From NCBI GenBank assembly GCA_049974845.1, contig JBNGCP010000002.1, positions 47,127 through 111,126 of the forward strand: a stretch of DNA of 64,000 bases. Reading direction: 5' to 3'. The stretch is from Anaerolineae bacterium. GTDB lineage: Bacteria; Chloroflexota; Anaerolineae; B4-G1; SLSP01. The position numbers and the translations under genes are program-made. The notes under the pieces are model-generated. The model did not search any database and had not been told where the DNA came from. It saw only the letters and a program-made list of their open reading frames with translations. Shown piece after piece: positions 35,754 through 44,205 of this stretch (position 1 is the first letter of the stretch; each line of letters starts with the position of its first letter).

Positions 35754-38519
35754 CTAGTCTCTCCTTTCGCTTTCCATCAGCCGGTTCAGGTCCCCAAGCA
35801 CATCTCGGAGATGGAAATGGAGCACCCGACGCCCCGCATCACGCAGGGCCTGGCGATCACCCAGCGCTTGGGCGCGCTCCAGCACGCCGAAGCTCACCGA
35901 GGACCCCGCCTTGCCAGCCTCATCCGGAATGGGAGCATCCTCCGCGGCCTCGGCGGTGAACTGCACGAACAGCCCGTTCCCGGCATCGCCCTTGTGCAGT
36001 TGGCCGGTGGAGTGCAGGTAGCGAGGGCCATAGCCCATGGTAGTCGCCACCTTGTAGCGATCCCGAACGCGCGTTCGCAACGCCTGCAATGCCGCTGTGG
36101 TCGCCTCGTTCGGCTTGACGTAGGCCTGCAAGGCCACGTAGTCACCGGGCCGTGCCTGAGAAAGGAAGTGATGAAGTGTGGCCGCGTCCACCGCAGCGGC
36201 CTCGCCTTCGGGCAACGCGCCCGTCTCTTTGTAGGTGGAGATCATCTTACGCGCCTGGGCTTTTGCTGCCTCCACATTGGGCTGATTGAAGGGATGGATT
36301 CCCAGCCGATGCCCGGCGACGGAGACTGCAAGGCACCAAATCAGCATCTGCTCACCCAGGTCGTAGCGATCGCGGAGCGCCAGCCGAGCCAGCGGATACC
36401 CCGCTTCGCGGAGCACGTCGAGCGACCCCAGGTCGCTCTCGTCGCCGTTGAGGCGCAGGTCGACGAAGAAGCGGTCATTGCCGTAGACCTCTGGCTCGCC
36501 GAGGGGCTCGCCGACAACAGGGAGCACACCGGTACCGGACTTGCCTGTGCTCTCGGCGACAAGCTGCTCAATCCAGTCGCCCAGCTTTGCGATCTTGGGC
36601 GAGGCGATGAGCGTCAGTTTGTCGCGACCTGCTTTGGCCAACTCCCCCATCGCCGCCCCGAGCTCGGCGCTCAACACGTTGCCGACCCCGGTGCAGCCCG
36701 GACAAGTATAGGTGAGTCCCAGTGCCCCATCCAGCAACCTCGCCAGATCCACGCCCATCAACGCGGCGGGAACGAGCCCGAAGTAGGAAAGCGCGGAGTA
36801 GCGTCCCCCGATCGTCGGGTTGTTCTGAAAGATGGCCCGGAAATCAAGACGCCGACCCATCGCCGCCAACGGAGTGTCGGGATCCGTGATCGCCACAAAG
36901 TGCTCGCCGGTAGCCGCTTCGCCCAGCTCCTCGCGCACACGATTGTAGAAGTATCGGAAGAAGGACAAGGTCTCGGTCGTCGTCCCGGACTTGCTGGCAA
37001 CGATGAAAAGCGTTTTGGCGAGGTCCAGACTACGATCGTAGGCCAGAACAGCACCGGGATCGGTGCTGTCCAGCACCTCCAGCCGCAGGTATCCCTTCCG
37101 CGTCCCGAAGACGTGGCTAAAAACCTCAGGCGCGAGGCTGGAGCCGCCCATCCCAAGCAGTAGCGCATGCGTATATCCTGCGCCCCGAACCTCTTCGGTG
37201 AAGGGCTTGATTGTACTCAGGTGCCGCCGCATCACGGCGGGCTCCTCCAGCCATCCGAGGCGATCGGCAATGCCCGTGGGGTCCGGGCGCCATACGAAGT
37301 AGTCATGGCCCCAGATGCGCGTCAACACCTCATCTCGGCGCATCTCCTCCAGCGCCGCTTCAATGCGCCCCTCAGTGTCTCCGAAATCTGCCTGCCACGT
37401 CTTCGCGACCATGCGCTGACACTTGTCGCGGATGCTTTCCATAAGGGACGCAAAGGGCTGGGCAAACTTCTCAACCCCTTCGGCGAGCAATTCGTCGGTC
37501 ACCATGTCGAGGTCGATCCCCAGCTCGTCCAACTTCGCCAGCTGCGAACGCGCCCGGTCCAGGTCCGCCGTGACCGTCGGAGCGACGGTGCCGTGGTCGA
37601 GAAAGGCCTCCAGCGTCTCCGGCGGGAGCGTGTTGACCGTATGGGGCCCGATCAGAGCGTCAGGATAGAGCGTGTCCGGATAGTCTGGATCCTTCGTGCT
37701 GGTGCTGGCCCAGAGCGGTCGCTGGAACCGCGCGCCTTTATCCGCCAGCTTCTGCCATCGTGGGCCCATGAAGGTGTCCTTGAAGCGCTGATAGGCCAGC
37801 TTGGCGCTGGCAATGCCGATCGTTCCCCTCAGCGCCCGTGCCTCGGATGTCCCCAGCCCGTCGAGCATCGCGTCGACCTTGACGTCGATGCGGCTGACAA
37901 AGAACGACGCGACTGAGGCAACGGACGCAAGATCGCCCCCCGCCGCGTCCAACGCCTCGAGGCCTGCGATGTACGCCTCCGCCACAGCATCGTACTGGTC
38001 GAGCGAGAACATCAAGGTGACGTTGACGTTGATGCCCTCACCAATCAACGTGCGAATCGCAGGCATCCCTGCGGGCGTCGCCGGTACCTTGATAAAGACG
38101 TTAGGCCGACCCACGGCCACGAAAAGGCGCCGGGCCTCCGCGATCGTGCCCTCGGCGTCGTGGGCCAACTCCGGGTTCACCTCCAAGCTGACGTATCCAT
38201 CGCGCCCCCCGGTCGCCTCGTACACTGCCCGCATCATATCCGCTGCCATCTGAATGTCGCGCACGGCAAGCGCCTCGTACATCTCCAGGGGCGTTCGACC
38301 TGATGAGCAGAGATCCTGCAGTTGCTCGTCGTAATCGTCACTCCCGGCGATGGCCTTCTCGAAGATCGAGGGGTTCGATGTGACGCCTCGGACACCGGCG
38401 TTCACAAGCCTCGCCAACTCGCCATCTACAATGAGGGAGCGCCGTATGTAGTCCAACCACACGGACTGCCCAACCTCAGCCAACTCCGAAAGCTTCTTGT
38501 GCACGCTCTCCCTCCTCAT
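35754..38519 (-). CDS. Bifunctional transaldolase / glucose-6-phosphate isomerase (Tal-Pgi fusion)
   Basis: N-terminal transaldolase (VWLDYIRR...GVTSNPSIFEKAI...FIKVPAT). C-terminal PGI (SKSGTTTETL, LGGRYS). ATG at 38519 with GGGGAAAG upstream is preferred over TTG at 38531. Confidence 0.85.
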   Translation of the reverse strand: MRRESVHKKLSELAEVGQSVWLDYIRRSLIVDGELARLVNAGVRGVTSNPSIFEKAIAGSDDYDEQLQDLCSSGRTPLEMYEALAVRDIQMAADMMRAVYEATGGRDGYVSLEVNPELAHDAEGTIAEARRLFVAVGRPNVFIKVPATPAGMPAIRTLIGEGINVNVTLMFSLDQYDAVAEAYIAGLEALDAAGGDLASVASVASFFVSRIDVKVDAMLDGLGTSEARALRGTIGIASAKLAYQRFKDTFMGPRWQKLADKGARFQRPLWASTSTKDPDYPDTLYPDALIGPHTVNTLPPETLEAFLDHGTVAPTVTADLDRARSQLAKLDELGIDLDMVTDELLAEGVEKFAQPFASLMESIRDKCQRMVAKTWQADFGDTEGRIEAALEEMRRDEVLTRIWGHDYFVWRPDPTGIADRLGWLEEPAVMRRHLSTIKPFTEEVRGAGYTHALLLGMGGSSLAPEVFSHVFGTRKGYLRLEVLDSTDPGAVLAYDRSLDLAKTLFIVASKSGTTTETLSFFRYFYNRVREELGEAATGEHFVAITDPDTPLAAMGRRLDFRAIFQNNPTIGGRYSALSYFGLVPAALMGVDLARLLDGALGLTYTCPGCTGVGNVLSAELGAAMGELAKAGRDKLTLIASPKIAKLGDWIEQLVAESTGKSGTGVLPVVGEPLGEPEVYGNDRFFVDLRLNGDESDLGSLDVLREAGYPLARLALRDRYDLGEQMLIWCLAVSVAGHRLGIHPFNQPNVEAAKAQARKMISTYKETGALPEGEAAAVDAATLHHFLSQARPGDYVALQAYVKPNEATTAALQALRTRVRDRYKVATTMGYGPRYLHSTGQLHKGDAGNGLFVQFTAEAAEDAPIPDEAGKAGSSVSFGVLERAQALGDRQALRDAGRRVLHFHLRDVLGDLNRLMESERRD

Positions 38520-38664
38520 CTTTCCCCACAACTAGACATGTCGGCGGTATCTTCGCTTCGGAATAACCCGCGCTCCTCCCATTATAGCACGACGCACCGT
38601 GGCACGCCATGGCACGAGAAACACCGCACCGACGTGAGCGCGAGGGCGCCTCAGAAGCCCTAAC

Positions 38665-39813
38665 TCAGTACGAAGTCACGAGATGCTCGCGAACGTACTC
38701 GAAGTCGATGTCCCAGCCGAGCCCCGGCTCGGGAGAGACGTGGACGTGTCCTTCCTCATCCATCGGGTCCTCAAGCTGGCGTAGCCAGGGTCGTGGCGCT
38801 TCGTAATCGATGAAGGGATGAAGCAGGCCCCGCTCGTAATACTGACCTGGGATACCCATGGCGCAGAGCACGTGGAGGTTCGCCGCACCCCCACCGTGAA
38901 CTTCCATGCGCATGCCGAATGCCTCGGCCAGATGCGCGATCTTGATCAACGGTGTGATGCCGCCCACATCGGCCACCCCACCGCGGACGATGTCCGCGGC
39001 GCCCTGCTTGATCCACTCAGCGCGGGTGAACATCTTCCCCTCGGCCGTCTCCGGTCCGCAGATCGGCAGATCGAGCTGCTGGGCCAGCCAAACATACGAC
39101 GAGAGGCTGTGTTCGTCCATCGGCTCCTCCATCCACAGGAAGTCTAGCTTCTCCAACTCACGCCCGAGGTAGAGGGATTCCTCACGCCCGTAGTAGTGGT
39201 AGGGATCCAGTATCAGCGGCACGTCCGGCCCTACCGCCTCACGGACGGCGGTGCAGGCGGCGATATCCCGCTTGGGATCGGGCGCTCCAGGCATCGGGGG
39301 CTGCCACGTGTGGAGCTTGAACGCCGGGTAGCCCCGTGCGAGGCACGCAAGCGCAAACTCGGCGTAGGCCTCCGGCGAGTCCAGACCTCCCTCGAGATCG
39401 TCGCCACACATGGTGCTGGCGTAGGCCGGTACTTTGTCGCGATAGGCACCCAGCAGCCGGTAGACAGGCTGGCCCAGCGCACGCCCGGCCAGGTCCCAGA
39501 GCGCGATGTCGACGAGGGCCAGTATCCGATCGCCCAGAGATCCCAGATTGAGACGTTGGCGTTCCTTGAGGGCCTGCCAAATACGCTCCCGGTAGAACGG
39601 ATTCTCTCCCACCAATATCGGCTTGACCAAGCGCTCAAGCGTAGGCTGTGGGATCGAGCCAAAAGCATAACCCTCGCAATCCTCGTCGGTCTGGATCGTC
39701 AGGATCCCCTGCTGTGATGCGTGGGATGGGCCCGGATGGGAATGGCCCTCCGAATCCCGGATGATCTGCGAGGTCGTTCGGAACAGCCGCATGGTGATAT
39801 CGGTGATCTGCAT
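38665..39813 (-). CDS. Enolase superfamily protein (MR/MLE family)
   Basis: Capping domain LVDIALWDLAGRALGQPVYRLLG. Barrel metal ligands (ILDPYH, LWMEEP, ICGPETA). GGAGGA RBS. Confidence 0.8.
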   Translation of the reverse strand: MQITDITMRLFRTTSQIIRDSEGHSHPGPSHASQQGILTIQTDEDCEGYAFGSIPQPTLERLVKPILVGENPFYRERIWQALKERQRLNLGSLGDRILALVDIALWDLAGRALGQPVYRLLGAYRDKVPAYASTMCGDDLEGGLDSPEAYAEFALACLARGYPAFKLHTWQPPMPGAPDPKRDIAACTAVREAVGPDVPLILDPYHYYGREESLYLGRELEKLDFLWMEEPMDEHSLSSYVWLAQQLDLPICGPETAEGKMFTRAEWIKQGAADIVRGGVADVGGITPLIKIAHLAEAFGMRMEVHGGGAANLHVLCAMGIPGQYYERGLLHPFIDYEAPRPWLRQLEDPMDEEGHVHVSPEPGLGWDIDFEYVREHLVTSY

Positions 39814-40081
39814 AGAACGCGTCCTCCATGTTGCAGTGGGTTAACTAAAGAATCGGCCATCAACGTCATGGCGTCGACCAGCGACGCAGATTCTCCTTCA
39901 CAAGAGCACCATCGTTCAGCACCCAGGAAGCTCCACCCAGCATACACCGAAGCAATGAGGTCACAAGATACACAAGGAGCCGGCGCTTGATGTCCTGGAC
40001 ATACGACGTATACTAGGAGATTGAGCGATGCGTGCGCGGCCTATGGCCTGCGCCCTTACAAGAGGAGCGACAGAGAAGGAT

Positions 40082-40882
40082 ATGAGCGAACCGTTGAATC
40101 CAGCGCCATCCAGCGAGGAACGCCAGGTGAAGTCGATGAGCGTCGCCGCTATCGACGGCACGCCTGTCGCATACATCGTGAGTCTTGCCGCAGTGGTAGC
40201 CGTCCTCGCGATGATCCCCATCCCCATCTCCGTGGTCCTGGGATCGGGCAGGAACTTTCCGATGAGCCAGAGCATCTATCCGCTGGTGGGTTGGCTGCTC
40301 GGACCGATCGCCGGTGCGCTTGCCGATGGAATCGGAGCTCTGATCGGCGTCATCATCGCCCCACATACCACAAGCTCTGCACCGGCCACGATCTTCGGTG
40401 CAGCGATGGGTGGACTTGCCGCCGGCGCGATGGTAAACTCCGGCGCTCGTCGCTATTGGTGGATTCCGCTTTCGCTCCTTTTCGCAGGGTTGTACGTTCT
40501 GTATGCAGGCCGCGCCGTCTGGGTGAACCAGGTCAGTTGGACCAGCGTCTTGCTGGGTTCTTTCATCAACTGGTCCGCCCTGTTGCTGTTCGTCTTGCCC
40601 ACCCGAACCGTTCTGGCCGGATTCCTTCAGGCCTCAGAGATGAAAAGAGTTGGCGCAGGTCTCTTTGTCGGTACCTGGATGATCGCGGGGCTCGTTCATC
40701 TGAGCACCGGGGCGATTGTCTACACGATCATCAACTGGCCAAATGAGCTCTGGTTGGCCATAGCACCTCTGGCACCCATCGAGCACCTGATCCGCTGCAT
40801 CGCCGGCACGGGGATCGGCCTCGGGGTGATCGGCGGTCTGCGAGCCACGGGGCTGGTGAAACCCCTTCACGCGCGCTATTAG
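40082..40882 (+). CDS. Multi-TM membrane protein, possibly a transporter substrate-binding component (ECF S-component-like); function uncertain
   Basis: Six to seven predicted TM helices rich in Gly/Ala. ATG 40082 preceded by GAGAAGGA. Confidence 0.45.
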   Translation: MSEPLNPAPSSEERQVKSMSVAAIDGTPVAYIVSLAAVVAVLAMIPIPISVVLGSGRNFPMSQSIYPLVGWLLGPIAGALADGIGALIGVIIAPHTTSSAPATIFGAAMGGLAAGAMVNSGARRYWWIPLSLLFAGLYVLYAGRAVWVNQVSWTSVLLGSFINWSALLLFVLPTRTVLAGFLQASEMKRVGAGLFVGTWMIAGLVHLSTGAIVYTIINWPNELWLAIAPLAPIEHLIRCIAGTGIGLGVIGGLRATGLVKPLHARY

Positions 40883-41442
40883 CGTCCGATCCGCGCACGC
40901 GCTATCCTTGCCCAAGCCCAAACCCAACGTGTCAAACGAAGGCCACCGCCAAACCCAACGAGGGCCAGTGGCGCATTGATGGAACTTGTGCTAATATAGT
41001 AGACGAAAACACTATGATATCAGTGCAAGCACAGTGGACTCGAACGCCTCGGAAGCCCATATGCGATGTCGTGGGTGAGCACTCGTGGGTTTCAGTGCGC
41101 TGGTTCGGTCGCTTACACGTTATCAACTCATCGATCCCGTCGGAGGATCGATTGTTGCGCAATGCTCGAGTAGACCATTGACTATACAGCATATCAGACA
41201 AGCAGCGTTGGACGCCTACCGTGACGGAGGCCCCAAGTATAATGATTACATGCGCTGAAACACGCGTGACCGGTTTCGGCGGTCTCCAGGCCTGTGAGTG
41301 GATCAACCACAGGACAGAGTGCAGGTAAGGGGCACAGCCATATGTAGACGGATGAGCAAACCGTTTTGGGCCTGATACGGCCCCCCGTAAGCCAACAACT
41401 TCGGGGATGAGGCGGTTTCCTCATCCCCGAAATGCTGTCTTT

Positions 41443-42291
41443 ATGAATAGGAGGGAGACTTTGCCTGAGGTGAGCGAATCTCTGCAGGATCTACTGGCTG
41501 AGCTAATCGATTTCATCCCAGAATTGATTGTGGCGCTTATCACGTTCGGCGCCACGCTGCTGGCAGCCAAGCCCATAGCCAAAGCCGTCGAGCGGGCGGC
41601 CAGGCGCCGGATTGGGAAGGAAGAGACGGTGCATATCCTTTCCAGGATCGTCCGGTGGACCGTGCTGGTCATCGGCACCATTATCGCTTTGGACCAGGTG
41701 AACTTTGACGTCACCGGATTCCTTGCCGGTCTAGGCGTCGCTGGGATCACGATTGGGTTTGCGCTTCAGGATATCGCCCGCAACTTCGTCGCTGGCATCC
41801 TGTTGCTCGCCCGTCGGCCGTTTGAGATCGGTGATACTGTAGAAACGGTGGGATATACCGGAGAGATCGAGGATATCACAACTCGGGACACTGTGGTGAG
41901 AACGCTGGACGGTGAGAGGGTCATACTGGCGAATATCGATATACTCAGCAACCCCATTACGAACTACACCGCCTCGCCTCAGCGTCGTCGCACCATTTAC
42001 ATCGGTCTGGGCTATGGCCAAGACGTGCCGCAGGCGCTTCAGGTTTTTCAGGACACAATTGCAGGCGTGCCCGGTGTGCTTGAGGAGCCTGCGCCCAGCC
42101 TGCTCGCAGAGGAGTTGGGCGATTCAGCCATCACCCTGGCGGCGCGCTTCTGGGTCGATCCAGAGACCCATAGCCTGTTGGATGTGCACTCAAACGTCGT
42201 ACTGGCAGTGAATGCAGCCGCGGAACGGGAAGGCATCGACCTTCCGTACCCGATCCAGACGGTTCGTCTCGTGGAGAGAGTCCAAGCTTGA
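41443..42291 (+). CDS. Mechanosensitive ion channel MscS family protein
   Basis: MscS pore/beta-domain motifs (GVAGITIGFALQDIARNFVAGILLLARRPFEIGDTVE...GEIEDITTRDTVVRT...ILANIDILSNPITNY). Start ambiguous: ATG 41407 lies inside the upstream hairpin, ATG 41443 lacks an SD, TTG 41461 follows AGGAGGG. Confidence 0.75.
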   Translation: MNRRETLPEVSESLQDLLAELIDFIPELIVALITFGATLLAAKPIAKAVERAARRRIGKEETVHILSRIVRWTVLVIGTIIALDQVNFDVTGFLAGLGVAGITIGFALQDIARNFVAGILLLARRPFEIGDTVETVGYTGEIEDITTRDTVVRTLDGERVILANIDILSNPITNYTASPQRRRTIYIGLGYGQDVPQALQVFQDTIAGVPGVLEEPAPSLLAEELGDSAITLAARFWVDPETHSLLDVHSNVVLAVNAAAEREGIDLPYPIQTVRLVERVQA

Positions 42292-42366
42292 GCTTGTGCG
42301 CCCAGCCTGGCTCTGTTCGGCGCTTAGGGGCGGCAAATCCGCCAACTGGGCGCGGAGGAAGGATCA

Positions 42367-42681
42367 ATGGAGCGTCAGAAGGAAGTGCTGCAGAGGGAAC
42401 TTGACGAGCTCGAAGAGCAGATTACAGGTCTCGAGGAAGCTCTGCAGGTGAAGCCGGACTATGGTATGGGCAAGGGCGACCCCGCCGTCACGCAGTGGGA
42501 GCTGGATCAAGCGATGTTGGAGCGGCTCCGGGGACACGCCGATAAGTTACGCCAGGCCCTGGCTCGCCTGGACGAGGGCACCTACGGGATCTGTGAGCGT
42601 TGCGGCAAGCGTATTGATCCCAATAGGCTCGCCGTTCTGCCGGACACGACGCTGTGTGTGGAGTGCGCGCGAAAGGGATGA
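42367..42681 (+). CDS. DksA/TraR family C4-type zinc-finger protein
   Basis: Coiled-coil N-terminus then CERCGKRI...CVECA four-Cys finger. GGAGGAAGGA RBS. Confidence 0.75.
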   Translation: MERQKEVLQRELDELEEQITGLEEALQVKPDYGMGKGDPAVTQWELDQAMLERLRGHADKLRQALARLDEGTYGICERCGKRIDPNRLAVLPDTTLCVECARKG

Positions 42682-42844
42682 GGTCACCTTGGTATTCGAA
42701 GCAGTCACTCGTTCAGGCGCTCGAAACGCTCCATCAAGAGAGACCGGATCCGACCGAGAGCATCTGGCGATGGCTGGGACGCGGTGGACGGCCCGCGAGA
42801 GGTAAGAATCGGACGTAGAACCCCATCTATAACATGGGGATATC

Positions 42845-42873
42845 TTGGCTAACTATTGAGCGCGGCGTAGAAT
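42845..42873 (+). promoter_or_regulatory. Putative sigma70-type promoter for rpoD (-35 TTGGCT, 17-nt spacer, -10 TAGAAT)
   Basis: TTGGCT-N17-TAGAAT in an AT-rich stretch about 50 nt upstream of the preferred rpoD start. Confidence 0.4.
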
Positions 42874-42923
42874 ATCATGCTGCAGTGGATAATGGAAAAA
42901 AGGAGAAATTGATAGGAAAAACT

Positions 42924-44060
42924 ATGGAAGCTCTACGATTTCGCGAAGACCTTGAGAAATTCGACAACATCAAAGAGGAAAATGAGGACTACGAGGAGGA
43001 GCTTCTCTCCCTCGACGAAATCTTTGGCACTGACGTCGAGGAGGAAGACCTTGAGGGAGATCCTCTTGATGACTTTCACGCGTTCTTCGAAGAGGGCGAA
43101 GACGAGGATGAGTACGCAGACGAGGAGGAAGAGGAGCTCGTAGATATTGACAGCATCTCCTCAAGCGACTCGTTGAGCCTCTACCTTCAAGCAATGGGAC
43201 AGGTCCCACTCCTCTCACGTGAGGAAGAGATCGACCTGGCAAAGACGATGGAACGCGGGCGCGAGGCACAGCGCAAGCTCACCACCGGTGACTATGAGCC
43301 AGACGAGATCGACGCATTGGAGGAACGCATCCGGGAGGGTGAGGAGGCACGCAGTCACCTGACCGAAGCGAATACGCGTCTTGTCGTCAGCGTTGCTAAG
43401 AAATACCGTGGGTACGGCCTGCCGTTCCTCGATCTGATTCAGGCGGGTAATGTGGGATTGATCAAGGCCGTCGATAAGTTCGATTACCGCCGGGGTAACC
43501 GATTCAGCACCTACGCGACCTGGTGGATCCGCCAGGCTGTGACCCGGTCACTGACACAGCACGGACGGGGTATTCGCATCCCCATTCATATGAGCGATTA
43601 CCTTCGGAAGCTGGACAAAGTGTCACAGAATATGGAGCAGAAGCTCGGTCGCCGTCCGACCTATGAGGAGCTTGCCGAGGAGGTCAACGAGGACCCGCAT
43701 AAGCTTCGCCGGATGCTCCGACAGTCCCAGAGACCGGTCTCGCTTAACAAGGAGGTCGGTGATGAGGATACGTCAGAGCTCGAGCAGTTCATCGAGGACG
43801 AAAACGTCCCGGCGCCGGATGAGACTGCCGAACAGCGCATGATGCGGGATCAGCTGGAGCAGCTCCTGACCACGCTCGAACCGCGGGAAGCCTGGATTCT
43901 CAAGATGCGGTTTGGCCTGCACGGAAGCCGCACGCACACACTCAAGGAGCTAGGACAGAAGCTCGGCATCTCGAAGGAGCGCGTGCGTCAGATTCAGGGA
44001 CAGGCGCTGCGCAAGCTACGCCACCCCTACCACCGACGGCAGCTTCAGGACTTCCGGTAA
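42924..44060 (+). CDS. rpoD: RNA polymerase primary sigma factor (sigma-70, RpoD/SigA)
   Basis: Acidic region 1.1. Region 2 (FLDLIQAGNVGLIKAVDKFDYRRGNRFSTYATWWIRQAVTR), region 3, region 4 (LKELGQKLGISKERVRQIQGQALRKLRH). The start at 42924 is chosen because the promoter lies inside the longer ORF-track frame. Confidence 0.9.
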   Translation: MEALRFREDLEKFDNIKEENEDYEEELLSLDEIFGTDVEEEDLEGDPLDDFHAFFEEGEDEDEYADEEEEELVDIDSISSSDSLSLYLQAMGQVPLLSREEEIDLAKTMERGREAQRKLTTGDYEPDEIDALEERIREGEEARSHLTEANTRLVVSVAKKYRGYGLPFLDLIQAGNVGLIKAVDKFDYRRGNRFSTYATWWIRQAVTRSLTQHGRGIRIPIHMSDYLRKLDKVSQNMEQKLGRRPTYEELAEEVNEDPHKLRRMLRQSQRPVSLNKEVGDEDTSELEQFIEDENVPAPDETAEQRMMRDQLEQLLTTLEPREAWILKMRFGLHGSRTHTLKELGQKLGISKERVRQIQGQALRKLRHPYHRRQLQDFR

Positions 44061-44136
44061 TCGCACGGCCAGGGCGGAGCAGCCCTCCGCACCTGGACAC
44101 GGTAGGTCGGATCTTGCCGCACCCTTGACGTAGATC

Positions 44137-44172
44137 AAGAAAAGCCAGGCGCCGCACGGCGCCTGGCTTTTG
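44137..44172. terminator. Bidirectional rho-independent terminator between rpoD (+) and the S8 peptidase gene (-)
   Basis: AAGAAAA-GCCAGGCGCC-gcac-GGCGCCTGGC-TTTTGC: a perfect 10-bp GC stem flanked by an A run and a T run. Confidence 0.75.
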
Positions 44173-44205
44173 CATTGGAAGTTGCCAAGGGAAGTTGCCA
44201 AGCTG

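Noticed and set aside
42834-42923. ORF-track start of rpoD at 42834 (MGISWLTIERG...).
   Set aside because: A well-spaced -35/-10 promoter lies inside this extension. The acidic region 1.1 begins at the Met at 42924, which is therefore the preferred start.
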